28,482 bases of DNA, from assembly GCF_000008565.1 (NCBI RefSeq), contig NC_001263.1, forward strand, positions 1,169,084 through 1,197,565, written 5' to 3'. Positions 9,421-18,903 of the stretch are shown in pieces. Within the stretch, counting starts at the first letter, position 1. Each line of letters starts with the position of its first letter. Made by a program: the position numbers and the translations under genes. Source of the stretch: Deinococcus radiodurans R1 = ATCC 13939 = DSM 20539. Its GTDB lineage: Bacteria; Deinococcota; Deinococci; Deinococcales; Deinococcaceae. Below the pieces are notes generated by a model, which was given only the letters and a program-made list of their open reading frames with translations, searched no databases and was not told where the DNA came from.

Positions 9421-10199
9421 GAGATTTCCTCCGGAGCAGGGAGCGCGACGGGAAAAAGGGGAGCGAGCAGCACCAGCATCCCCGACAACAAGGAGCTGAG
9501 CACCAACAGCGCCCAGCCGATCAGTTGCACACTCATCCAGCGTCGGGCGCGGGGGGTGGCGTCGTATTCGTCGGCCAGGAAGATAAATTCGCTGTCCGGC
9601 GCCATCACCACGTCCACGGCCAGGGGACGACGCAGCGTCTGTTTGGGCGGCGTGTCGGTGATCCCCTTTTCCACCAGCAGCAGCCAGAGTCGGTCGCTGG
9701 GGACTTTCAGAACCTCCGACTCCTTCAGGGCCAGTTCCGGTTTGTCATCGGAGTCAAGGTAAGACTCGACGTGGGCGGTGGTTTTGATGGGATGGGCGAG
9801 GTCGGTGAGCCGCCCGCCCACCAGGCCGAAAGCCATAATCAAACAGAACGCCAGCCAGATCACGGCCATCAGGGGCACGCCCAGAAACGACAGGAGCATC
9901 AGACCCGCAGCAACGCCCACCAGAAGACCGCTCAAAATCTCTGAGCCGAACCAGCCCAGATAGCCTGCGGCTGAGTCGACGGGTGACATCAAGAGACCGA
10001 CAGCACCCACGCCCCCGGCTATAAATGCAAGCGTGATGCAGGACCAGACCCACCGGTTCAGCTGAGGTCTCGTTTCGGCCCGTGACATGGCCAGCATGAC
10101 CGGCCAGGGCAGCAGCCAGTCGAACACCAGCAGGCCGAGGCCCATCCAGTGCAGGCTCTGGGGCGAGAACCCGGCTAACCAGCTGACCACGCGGTCCAC
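9417..10199 (-). CDS. Uncharacterised polytopic membrane protein (no family recognised)
   Basis: 260 aa with a GTG start and GAGGG 8 nt upstream. About four N-terminal hydrophobic helices are followed by a ~90-aa soluble segment (RLTDLAHPIKTT...DEYDATPRARR) and a long C-terminal hydrophobic segment (WMSVQLIGWALLVLSSLLSGMLVLLAPLF). It lies in the same operon, 4 nt after the ATPase stop. Confidence 0.6.
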   Translation of the reverse strand: MDRVVSWLAGFSPQSLHWMGLGLLVFDWLLPWPVMLAMSRAETRPQLNRWVWSCITLAFIAGGVGAVGLLMSPVDSAAGYLGWFGSEILSGLLVGVAAGLMLLSFLGVPLMAVIWLAFCLIMAFGLVGGRLTDLAHPIKTTAHVESYLDSDDKPELALKESEVLKVPSDRLWLLLVEKGITDTPPKQTLRRPLAVDVVMAPDSEFIFLADEYDATPRARRWMSVQLIGWALLVLSSLLSGMLVLLAPLFPVALPAPEEIS

Positions 10200-10203
10200 G
10201 GGC

Positions 10204-11226
<1,023 letters not shown>

Positions 11227-11290
11227 GAAGGTACCTCGTGAGAAGAAGCGGCGGGCAGCTGCCGAACAGCAACAGGCCGCTCAACTGCCA

Positions 11291-11296
11291 AGCATA
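11291..11296 (-). promoter_or_regulatory. Candidate -10 box for the MoxR operon
   Basis: TATGCT on the minus strand lies about 65 nt upstream of ATG 11226. The same hexamer precedes osmC and the PLD gene. No convincing -35 was seen. Confidence 0.3.
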
Positions 11297-11343
11297 GGGC
11301 GTCCGGCCCGTTCGTTCAGGAAGCCGAGCAACCAAAGAAAACC

Positions 11344-11377
11344 AAAAAAAGCGGCCCCTCCTCTGGAAGGACCGCTT
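11344..11377 (-). terminator. Intrinsic terminator of the LEA-like gene
   Basis: The minus-strand RNA reads AGCGGUCCUU-CCAGAGG-AGGGGCCGCU, a 10-bp stem including two G-U pairs, followed by UUUUUUU (complement of A 11344-11350). It lies 18 nt after the stop. Confidence 0.65.
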
Positions 11378-11394
11378 TCTGGACCGCGCTGAAC

Positions 11395-12291
<897 letters not shown>

Positions 12292-12297
12292 GTCAGG

Positions 12298-12303
12298 AGC
12301 CTA
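12298..12303 (-). promoter_or_regulatory. Candidate -10 box, leaderless promoter of the LEA-like gene
   Basis: TAGGCT on the minus strand lies 6 nt upstream of ATG 12291, with no SD. Confidence 0.45.
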
Positions 12304-12395
12304 CGCTGCGGCTCTCATGAAAGGATGAGGCCAGATTAGGGAAGGCTTTGGGCTCCCGCCGTTTCGTGCGCGGGCCGCTCCGGGCGCCCGGCCCC

Positions 12396-12401
12396 TACAC
12401 T
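12396..12401 (+). promoter_or_regulatory. Candidate -10 box, leaderless promoter of aroE
   Basis: TACACT lies 6 nt upstream of the in-frame GTG 12408. Confidence 0.4.
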
Positions 12402-12407
12402 GTGACT

Positions 12408-13340
12408 GTGAATGTGTCCGCCCCCGACCCGTCCGCCTCTGTCCCTGCCCGGAGCGGCTCCGGTCCCCGCCGCGCTTTTTTGTTCGCTGACCCGGCGGCG
12501 CACTCGCTCTCGCCCCGGATGCACCGCGCCGCGTTCGCCTGGGCGGGACTGAACGGCACCTACGACGCCGAGCGGGTGCCCGCTCCCGAGTTGCCGACGG
12601 CGATGGCCCGGCTGCGGGCGCCGGACGTACTCGGCGCCAACCTCAGCCTGCCGCACAAGGAAGCCGCGCTGCCGCTGCTCGACGGGCTGTCGGACGCGGC
12701 CCGCGCCATCGGGGCCGTGAACACCGTGATTCACCGCGCTGGGCAACTTTATGGTGACAACACCGACGCGCCGGGGCTGTTGCAGGCCCTCGCAGGCAGC
12801 GGGCTGACTGGGCGGCTGGGCGCCGCAGACCGGGTGGTCGTTCTCGGGGCCGGCGGCGCGGCGCGGGCGGCGGTGTACGCCGGGGCGGTGATTCTGGGCC
12901 GCGAGGTCTGGGTGGTCAACCGCACCCCGGCGCGGGCGCGGGCGCTCGCTGCGGGGTGGCAGGGTGGAGGAGAGGTCCGCGCTGCCGGGCCCGGTGAGGT
13001 GCCGTGGGGGCAGGTCGGCCTCGTCATCAACAGCAGCAGCGCCGGGCTGGACAACCCCGAAGAAACGCCGCTTCCCGGCTTCGACTTCGGACAGCTGCCG
13101 GCCCACGCCGGGGTGTACGACATGGTGTACAAGCCGCGCCGAACCCGATTGATGCGCGACGCCGAGGCCGCCGGGCTGCCTGCTGAAAACGGCCTGGGGA
13201 TGCTGGCGCAGCAGGCCCGGCTGGCGTTTACCGCCTGGACCGGGGTAGACGTGCCGGTTTCGGTCTTTCTGGCCGCGCTGGAAGCTCCGGCTACAGGGCG
13301 TGGCGCAGGCGACGCCGCCCGTACTGAGGCCACACGGTGA
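12408..13340 (+). CDS. aroE: Shikimate 5-dehydrogenase
   Basis: It has HSLSPRMHRAAF, VLGANLSLPHKEAA, IGAVNTV and GDNTDAPGL, plus the NADP Rossmann motif VVVLGAGGAARA. The start is uncertain: the longest ORF begins at TTG 12348, and I prefer GTG 12408 because of the -10 box. The stop overlaps the kinase start (GTGA 13337-13340). Confidence 0.85.
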   Translation: MNVSAPDPSASVPARSGSGPRRAFLFADPAAHSLSPRMHRAAFAWAGLNGTYDAERVPAPELPTAMARLRAPDVLGANLSLPHKEAALPLLDGLSDAARAIGAVNTVIHRAGQLYGDNTDAPGLLQALAGSGLTGRLGAADRVVVLGAGGAARAAVYAGAVILGREVWVVNRTPARARALAAGWQGGGEVRAAGPGEVPWGQVGLVINSSSAGLDNPEETPLPGFDFGQLPAHAGVYDMVYKPRRTRLMRDAEAAGLPAENGLGMLAQQARLAFTAWTGVDVPVSVFLAALEAPATGRGAGDAARTEATR

Positions 13341-16300
13341 GCGGGTTCAACCGTCGCCAGGAGAGCCGGGCGCGTTTGCGAGCGCACTTTCTGCCCTGGG
13401 CGCACTGGCTGCCGGTCCTGATTCTGGGCGTGATTCTGCTGTCGTCGCTCACGGCGGCGGGTCTGGTGTCCCGGCTCACGCACGAGCAGCAGCAGGCCCG
13501 CTTTGCCCGTGAGATCACCGCGCACACCTCGGCGCTGCGGGGGCGCATCAACGACTTCGGCAAGCTGCTCGTCGCCACCCGCGCCTTCTGGCTGTCGCAG
13601 GCGGACCCGCCGACGCCGTCGCGCTTCCGGTCTTTCAGCGCCGGGCTCGACCTCGGTGAGCGCTACTCAGACGTGCAGGCGCTGGGCTTCGTGCGCTGGA
13701 GTGAAACGCGCCTGACCCCGCCGCGCCTCTCGCCGAGCAGCCTCTCGCCCCTGCGCCCCGACGTCCCTGATGGCGGCATCGCGATTTTTCCGTTGCAGAC
13801 GAAGCAGCCCTACCGCGCCCCGATTCAGTTCATCGCGCCGCCGAATGCCGTGAACCTGCGGGCGCTGGGGTTCGACATGTACTCCGAGCCGCTGCGCCGC
13901 GCCGCGATGGATTCCGGGCGCCTGAGCAGCGAAATGCACGCCACCTACCCGCTGCATCTCGTGCAGGGCGGGGTCAACGGCACGCCCCAGAGCGGCTTTT
14001 TGCTGTTCATGCCGGTGTGGCGGGCCGCCGACGGGAGCGCCGCCCAGCCGGGGCAGGGCCAGTTGCTCGGGTTCGTGTACCTGGCGATTCGCTCGGCAGA
14101 GTTCGTGCAGTCGCTCGACGAGAGCTATGGTCATGACCGGCCCACCTCGCGCATCCTGCTTGCCGGGCGCCCGCTGCTGGGGGAGGAGGGGCTGAGTCCG
14201 GCAGCTCCGGGGCTGGTCGCGCAGCCGCCGCTGCAACTCGCCGGGCAGACCTGGCAGGTGTCCTACGCGCCGCCTGCGACCTTCGCCAGCGAGCCGCTCA
14301 ACTGGCTCTCGCCGCTGCTCGCGCTGCTGGGGCTGGTGGCGTCGGGGGGCGCGTTTCTCATCAGCCGCGCACAGGTCGTCGCCCGCGAAAGTGCCGAGGC
14401 CGCCAACCGTGAACTCAGCGAACTCGAACGCCGGCAGCAGCAGGCCCGCGCCGAATTCGAGGCGATTTTTCACGCGATGCAGGACGCGGCGGCCTTCACC
14501 GACGACCAGGGCCGGGTGCGGCTGGTCAACCGCGCCATGGCCGAGCAGTTCCGCACGCCGGCCAACGAGCTGGTGGGCCACCCCCTGACCATGCTGCATG
14601 TGGACCGCCGCCTGGACGACCGCGCCAGCTTTCAGTCCATCACCACGCCCTATCAGCGCAGCGACGGCTCCCGCTTTTACGGCGAAGCGCAGCGCAACGA
14701 GGTGCTCGGCCCGCAAAACCGGCTGCTCGGCCACCTCGAAGTGGTGCGCGACGTGTCCGAGCGGGTCGCTGCCGATCAAGCCCTGCGCGACGAGGAGCGG
14801 CGCTCGCGGGCGATTCTCGACACCATTCCGCACATGCTGTGGGTGAGCGGTCCGCAGGGCGAAATCACCTACGTCAACACCCAGCACCGCGAGCAGCTCG
14901 GTGAGCTGGGTGTTCGCAGCCGACTCGACCCGGCGGACGTGCCCGCCTACGACCTGATGTGGCATGAGGCTTATATCCACCTCAGCACGGCCCGTAGCAC
15001 GGTGCAGATTCGGGTCGGCCCCGACGGCGAGGAGCGGCGCTGGTTCGAGGTGAGGGTGGCGCCGCTGCTGGACGAAGACGGACAGGCCCGCGAGTGGGTG
15101 GCGAGTGCCACCGATATTCATGACCGCCTGCTCGCCGAGCGCGACGCCCAGACGAACGAGGCGCGCTACCGGGGCGTGGTCGAGGGGATGCCGCAGATCG
15201 TGTGGCTCGCCGATCCGCAGGGGCAGGCCACCTATTTCAACCGCCGCTGGGAAGAGTACGTGGGGCCGCAGGCCGGCACCGACCTGATCGCCGCGCTGCA
15301 CCCCGACGACCGCGAGGACTACCGCCTGCGCTGGGCCCAGGCCATCAGCAGCGGGCGACCCTTCGAGGCCGAGCACCGCCTGCGCAACGAGCTGGGCGAG
15401 TACCGCACCTTCGTGACGCGTGGCTTGCCGATTCGCGGGAGCCAGGGCGAAGTTCTCGAATGGGTCGGCACCACCACCGACGTGGACGACAGCGTGTACG
15501 CCGAGAACGCCGCCCGACTGCTCGCCGACGTGACCGAGGCGCTGGTGGTCCGTGCCGGTGACCCGCTGGCGCAGCGCCGCGAACGCTACGAGGCGGTCCT
15601 TGAACTCGTCATGTCGCGGCTGATGGAAGCGGGCACGATCTGGACGCTGGCACGTCCGGGCGAGGAGCCGTCGCCAGACGGAGTGGAACTCACCGAACTC
15701 GCCTCCTGCGCAAGCAACCCCGACTGGCGGCTGCCGCACATCGTGCAGACGGTCCGCGTGCTCGCCCAGCGGGTGGCCCAAACGCGCGAACCCGAATACG
15801 TGCTGACCCACCCGCTGCTGCACGCGGTCGAGGTGTCGGGCGGCGTGTTGCAGCCGCTCGTCGGCATGGACGGCACGGTCCACGGCGTACTGGGGCTGGC
15901 GCACCGGCACCCGCTGCATGACCGTGACCACGAACTCATTTTCGAAATCGCCTCGCGCCTGACCACCGCGCTGGAAAACGACACGCTGCGTGAACAGGCC
16001 ACCGATGCCCAGCACGAGCTGAGGCAGCTCAACCAATCACTCGAAGAGCGGGTGCAGCGCCGCACCCTCGAACTCGAAGAAGCCAACCGCGAACTCGAAG
16101 CGTTCAGTTACTCGGTCAGCCACGACCTGCGCACGCCGCTGCGGCACATCGTGGGTTTTGGCGACCTGCTGCGCAAAGACAGCGCCGAGGCCCTGAGCCC
16201 CAAGAGCCAGCGCTACCTCGGCGTGATTACCGACGCCGCCGGGCGCATGAGCGGCCTGATCGACTCGCTGTTGGAGTTCTCGCGCATGGGCCGCCAGCCG

Positions 16301-16771
16301 CTGCGGCTGGTGCCGGTGGACCTCACCGAACTGGTGGAGCGGGTGTGGCAAAACCTCGAACCCGACCGCCAGGGCCGCGAGGTGCGGCTCACGCTGCGTC
16401 CGCTGCCGCAGGTGCCCGGCGACCCGGCGCTGCTCGAACTCGTCTTCCAGAACCTGCTCTCCAACGCCCTGAAATACAGCCGCACCCGCGAGGTTGCGCA
16501 GGTCACGGTGGCCGCGAGCGAGGACGGCGGCGCGGCGCGCATCACCGTGACCGACAACGGCGTGGGCTTCGATCCCAAATACACCGATAAACTGTTCGGC
16601 GTGTTTCAACGTTTACATCGTGCCGAAGAATTCGACGGCATCGGCATCGGCCTCGCCAACGTGCGCCGCATCGTGACCCGTCACGGCGGTCAGGTCAGCG
16701 GTTCCTCGGTTCCCGGCGAGGGCGCGACCTTCACCGTCGTGCTGCCGCTGCGCCAGGAGCAGGAATCGTGA
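13337..16771 (+). CDS. Sensor histidine kinase: TM, CHASE, TM, three PAS, a GAF-like region, HisKA and HATPase_c
   Basis: 1144 aa. It has TM WLPVLILGVILLSSLTAAGLV, a periplasmic CHASE-like domain (LGFVRW...GFDMYSEPLRRAAMD...GFLLFMPVW), and a second TM LSPLLALLGLVASGGAFLI. PAS repeats are present, for example GRPFEAEHRLRNELGEYRTFVTRGLPI. The H-box is FSYSVSHDLRTPLRHI, followed by N/G boxes (LLSNALKY, DNGVGFD, GIGIGL). Confidence 0.85.
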   Translation: MSGFNRRQESRARLRAHFLPWAHWLPVLILGVILLSSLTAAGLVSRLTHEQQQARFAREITAHTSALRGRINDFGKLLVATRAFWLSQADPPTPSRFRSFSAGLDLGERYSDVQALGFVRWSETRLTPPRLSPSSLSPLRPDVPDGGIAIFPLQTKQPYRAPIQFIAPPNAVNLRALGFDMYSEPLRRAAMDSGRLSSEMHATYPLHLVQGGVNGTPQSGFLLFMPVWRAADGSAAQPGQGQLLGFVYLAIRSAEFVQSLDESYGHDRPTSRILLAGRPLLGEEGLSPAAPGLVAQPPLQLAGQTWQVSYAPPATFASEPLNWLSPLLALLGLVASGGAFLISRAQVVARESAEAANRELSELERRQQQARAEFEAIFHAMQDAAAFTDDQGRVRLVNRAMAEQFRTPANELVGHPLTMLHVDRRLDDRASFQSITTPYQRSDGSRFYGEAQRNEVLGPQNRLLGHLEVVRDVSERVAADQALRDEERRSRAILDTIPHMLWVSGPQGEITYVNTQHREQLGELGVRSRLDPADVPAYDLMWHEAYIHLSTARSTVQIRVGPDGEERRWFEVRVAPLLDEDGQAREWVASATDIHDRLLAERDAQTNEARYRGVVEGMPQIVWLADPQGQATYFNRRWEEYVGPQAGTDLIAALHPDDREDYRLRWAQAISSGRPFEAEHRLRNELGEYRTFVTRGLPIRGSQGEVLEWVGTTTDVDDSVYAENAARLLADVTEALVVRAGDPLAQRRERYEAVLELVMSRLMEAGTIWTLARPGEEPSPDGVELTELASCASNPDWRLPHIVQTVRVLAQRVAQTREPEYVLTHPLLHAVEVSGGVLQPLVGMDGTVHGVLGLAHRHPLHDRDHELIFEIASRLTTALENDTLREQATDAQHELRQLNQSLEERVQRRTLELEEANRELEAFSYSVSHDLRTPLRHIVGFGDLLRKDSAEALSPKSQRYLGVITDAAGRMSGLIDSLLEFSRMGRQPLRLVPVDLTELVERVWQNLEPDRQGREVRLTLRPLPQVPGDPALLELVFQNLLSNALKYSRTREVAQVTVAASEDGGAARITVTDNGVGFDPKYTDKLFGVFQRLHRAEEFDGIGIGLANVRRIVTRHGGQVSGSSVPGEGATFTVVLPLRQEQES

Positions 16772-16853
16772 GCCTGCCGGTCTCAGCGGCGAACCTGCCC
16801 GCAGCGGACCTGGGCGCGGCGCCAGCGCCCGGCACGGCGGTGCCCTGCGGATT

Positions 16854-18005
16854 TTGCATCTGGAAGACAGCGAACTCGACCACGAGCTCGTCAGCATGGC
16901 GCTTGAAGGCGACCTGGGCCGTGACCTTACCATTCAGCGGGTCGAGGACGAGGAAGGCTTCCTGACCGCCCTGCGCGAGTCGCCGCCGCACATCGTCCTG
17001 AGCGACTTCGCGCTGCCGGGCTACGACGGCCTGAGCGCCTTTCATGCCGCGCACCAGCTCGAACCCAACCTGCCCTTCATCATCGTGACCGGGGCGATGG
17101 GCGAGGAAGTGGCGGTGGACACGCTGCGCCAGGGCGTGACCGATTACATCCTCAAGGCGCGCCTCGAACGGCTGGCCCCCGCTGTGAACCGCGCGCTGGC
17201 CGAGGCCGACGCCCGGCTCTCGCGCGAGCGGGCCGAGCAGGAGGTGCGCGCCCTGAACGCCAGCCTGCAATTGCGCCTGGAGGAAGTCGAGCGGCTGCGC
17301 GGCACCACCGAGCGCCAGAACCAGCGGTTGGAGGTGCAGGCGCGGCAACTCGAAGAAGCGCTCAACCTGCAAAAGACCTTCCTGGCCGAAACCAGCCACG
17401 AACTGCGGACGCCGCTGACCGCCCTGCTCGGCTACCTGCGCCGCGCCGAGCGTGAGGCGGGCGGCTCGCAGGTGCTGCAAGACGCGCAGCGCGTCGCCGA
17501 GAACATGACCCGGCTCGTCAACGACCTGCTGCAACTCTCACGCGGTGAACTCGTCCAGAGCATCGAGATGCACTTCGTCAATCTCGGCAACGTGCTGCGG
17601 CAGGTCGGACGCGACTACGGCGTGGAGGCCGACGCGGCCGACTGCGAAATCGTGGGCGACCCCGGGCGCCTGACCCAGGTCTTTGCCAACCTCGTCAGCA
17701 ACGGCATTCGCGTGAGCGGCGGCCCCGACAAGGTGCAGCTCGTCCTCAACTTGCGTCCCGGTGAGGCCGAAGTGCTGGTCGTGGACCATGGCCCTGGCGT
17801 TCCCGACGACATCAAGCCGCGCATTTTCGACAAGTTCTACCGGGGCAAGGAAGCCGGTTCAGCCGGTCTGGGCCTCACCATCGCGCAGCAGGTGGTCACC
17901 GCCCACGCCGGGGCCATCGACGTGCTCGACACCCCTGGCGGCGGCGCCACCTTCCGCGTGCGTTTGCCACTGCCTGACGACGAGGGGGACGAGGATTTCG
18001 CCTAA
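16854..18005 (+). CDS. Hybrid receiver (REC) - coiled coil - HisKA - HATPase_c histidine kinase. The annotated start is probably displaced by a frameshift (see findings).
   Basis: 383 aa from TTG 16854. REC motifs are LEDSELD, IVLSDFALPG (phospho-Asp), FIIVTG and DYILKA. The H-box is ETSHELRTPLTALLGY, and the ATPase motifs are NLVSNGIRV, DHGPGVP and GLGLTIA. TTG 16854 has no SD, while a GTG at 16768 in another frame has AGGAG 8 nt upstream. Confidence 0.85.
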   Translation: MHLEDSELDHELVSMALEGDLGRDLTIQRVEDEEGFLTALRESPPHIVLSDFALPGYDGLSAFHAAHQLEPNLPFIIVTGAMGEEVAVDTLRQGVTDYILKARLERLAPAVNRALAEADARLSRERAEQEVRALNASLQLRLEEVERLRGTTERQNQRLEVQARQLEEALNLQKTFLAETSHELRTPLTALLGYLRRAEREAGGSQVLQDAQRVAENMTRLVNDLLQLSRGELVQSIEMHFVNLGNVLRQVGRDYGVEADAADCEIVGDPGRLTQVFANLVSNGIRVSGGPDKVQLVLNLRPGEAEVLVVDHGPGVPDDIKPRIFDKFYRGKEAGSAGLGLTIAQQVVTAHAGAIDVLDTPGGGATFRVRLPLPDDEGDEDFA

Positions 18006-18033
18006 GTTCTGACTCGTCCTAGTCTGTCTAGAG

Positions 18034-18085
18034 AAAAAAAGACGGAGCCCGCTCAATGAAGTGGGCTCCGTCTCAACTGTTTTGA
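18034..18085. terminator. Bidirectional intrinsic terminator between the REC-kinase gene and the convergent small gene
   Basis: A 12-bp stem GACGGAGCCCGC/GTGGGCTCCGTC (18041-18052 with 18061-18072) has an 8-nt loop. It is flanked by AAAAAAA upstream (U-run on the minus strand) and TCAACTGTTTT downstream. Confidence 0.7.
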
Positions 18086-18094
18086 CTGCAAGTT

Positions 18095-18343
18095 TTACTT
18101 GGCCTTCATCACCGCGTCGTCAGGGTCAAGGTCGACGCCGTGGCGCTTGGCCGCTGCCTTGATTTTGCTGGCGGCTCCGGCGCGGTCTTTGTCGCTGGTG
18201 AAATGGGTCTGGTCGAAGCGGGCAGCAGCGTTGCGGACGTGCTCTTCGTCGTGGATGGGCAGGTGACGGCCACCGTGCGCGTCGATGTAGGCGAAGTCGT
18301 GGTCGGACAGGTCGTCGCGCTTTTTCTCGCTGAGTTCAGCCAT
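18095..18343 (-). CDS. Small conserved hypothetical protein (82 aa; I recall it as the DUF6582-like family with the HVRNA.ARF motif)
   Basis: The start is ATG 18343 with GGAGG 9 nt upstream. The product is MAELSEKKRDDLSDHDFAYIDAHGGRHLPIHDEEHVRNAAARFDQTHF...AAAKRHGVDLD. The longer track ORF to 18499 is rejected for lack of an RBS and an R/P-rich N-terminus. Confidence 0.6.
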   Translation of the reverse strand: MAELSEKKRDDLSDHDFAYIDAHGGRHLPIHDEEHVRNAAARFDQTHFTSDKDRAGAASKIKAAAKRHGVDLDPDDAVMKAK

Positions 18344-18468
18344 GGGAAACCTCCGCGCGCGCAGCCTACGCCCGAGCTGGGAGCGCTGTCTTTGAGGTCT
18401 TCTGAAGAGTCGGGGCTGGGACGCGTGCGGTTCAGACGTGCCCGGCGCCGGGGCGGGCAGCGGGCGCG

Positions 18469-18474
18469 TATGCT
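18469..18474 (+). promoter_or_regulatory. Candidate -10 box, leaderless promoter of osmC
   Basis: TATGCT lies 6 nt upstream of ATG 18481, with no SD. Confidence 0.45.
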
Positions 18475-18480
18475 CGCGGC

Positions 18481-18903
18481 ATGAGCACAAAAAAAACACT
18501 GAACGTGACCTGGCTCGGTGAACAGCGCTACCTCGGCGTCAGCGAGAGCGGGCACCAGCTTTTGATCGACAACAGCCCCGTCAAGGTGGGCGTTTCGCCG
18601 ATGGAAGCGCTGCTCGGCGCCCTGGCGACCTGCACCGCCTACGATGTGGTGGAGATCATGAAAAAGCGCCGCACGCCGCTGGCGAGCTACCGCATTGAGG
18701 TCGAGGGCGAGCGCGCCGACACCGACCCCAAGCGCTACACCCGCATCACCGTGCGCCACATCGCGGCGGGCGAGGGTGTGACCGCCGAGGCGCTGAGCAA
18801 GGCCGCGCACCTCAGCCACGAAAAATACTGCTCGGTGGCGGCCAGCCTCAACAGCGAAATCGTGGTCGAGGCCGAGCTGGCTGGCGAGCCCGCCGCCTCG
18901 TGA
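18481..18903 (+). CDS. osmC: OsmC/Ohr-family peroxiredoxin-like protein
   Basis: 140 aa. It has PMEALLGALATCTAYDVVEIMKK and HEKYCSVAASL, the two conserved Cys motifs of the OsmC family. Confidence 0.85.
   Translation: MSTKKTLNVTWLGEQRYLGVSESGHQLLIDNSPVKVGVSPMEALLGALATCTAYDVVEIMKKRRTPLASYRIEVEGERADTDPKRYTRITVRHIAAGEGVTAEALSKAAHLSHEKYCSVAASLNSEIVVEAELAGEPAAS

Noticed and set aside
13667-16036. A 789-aa ORF on the minus strand.
   Set aside because: It is antisense to the domain-rich sensor kinase and has an R/A/G/P/H-biased low-complexity composition with no recognisable motifs. This is a typical open antisense frame in very GC-rich DNA.
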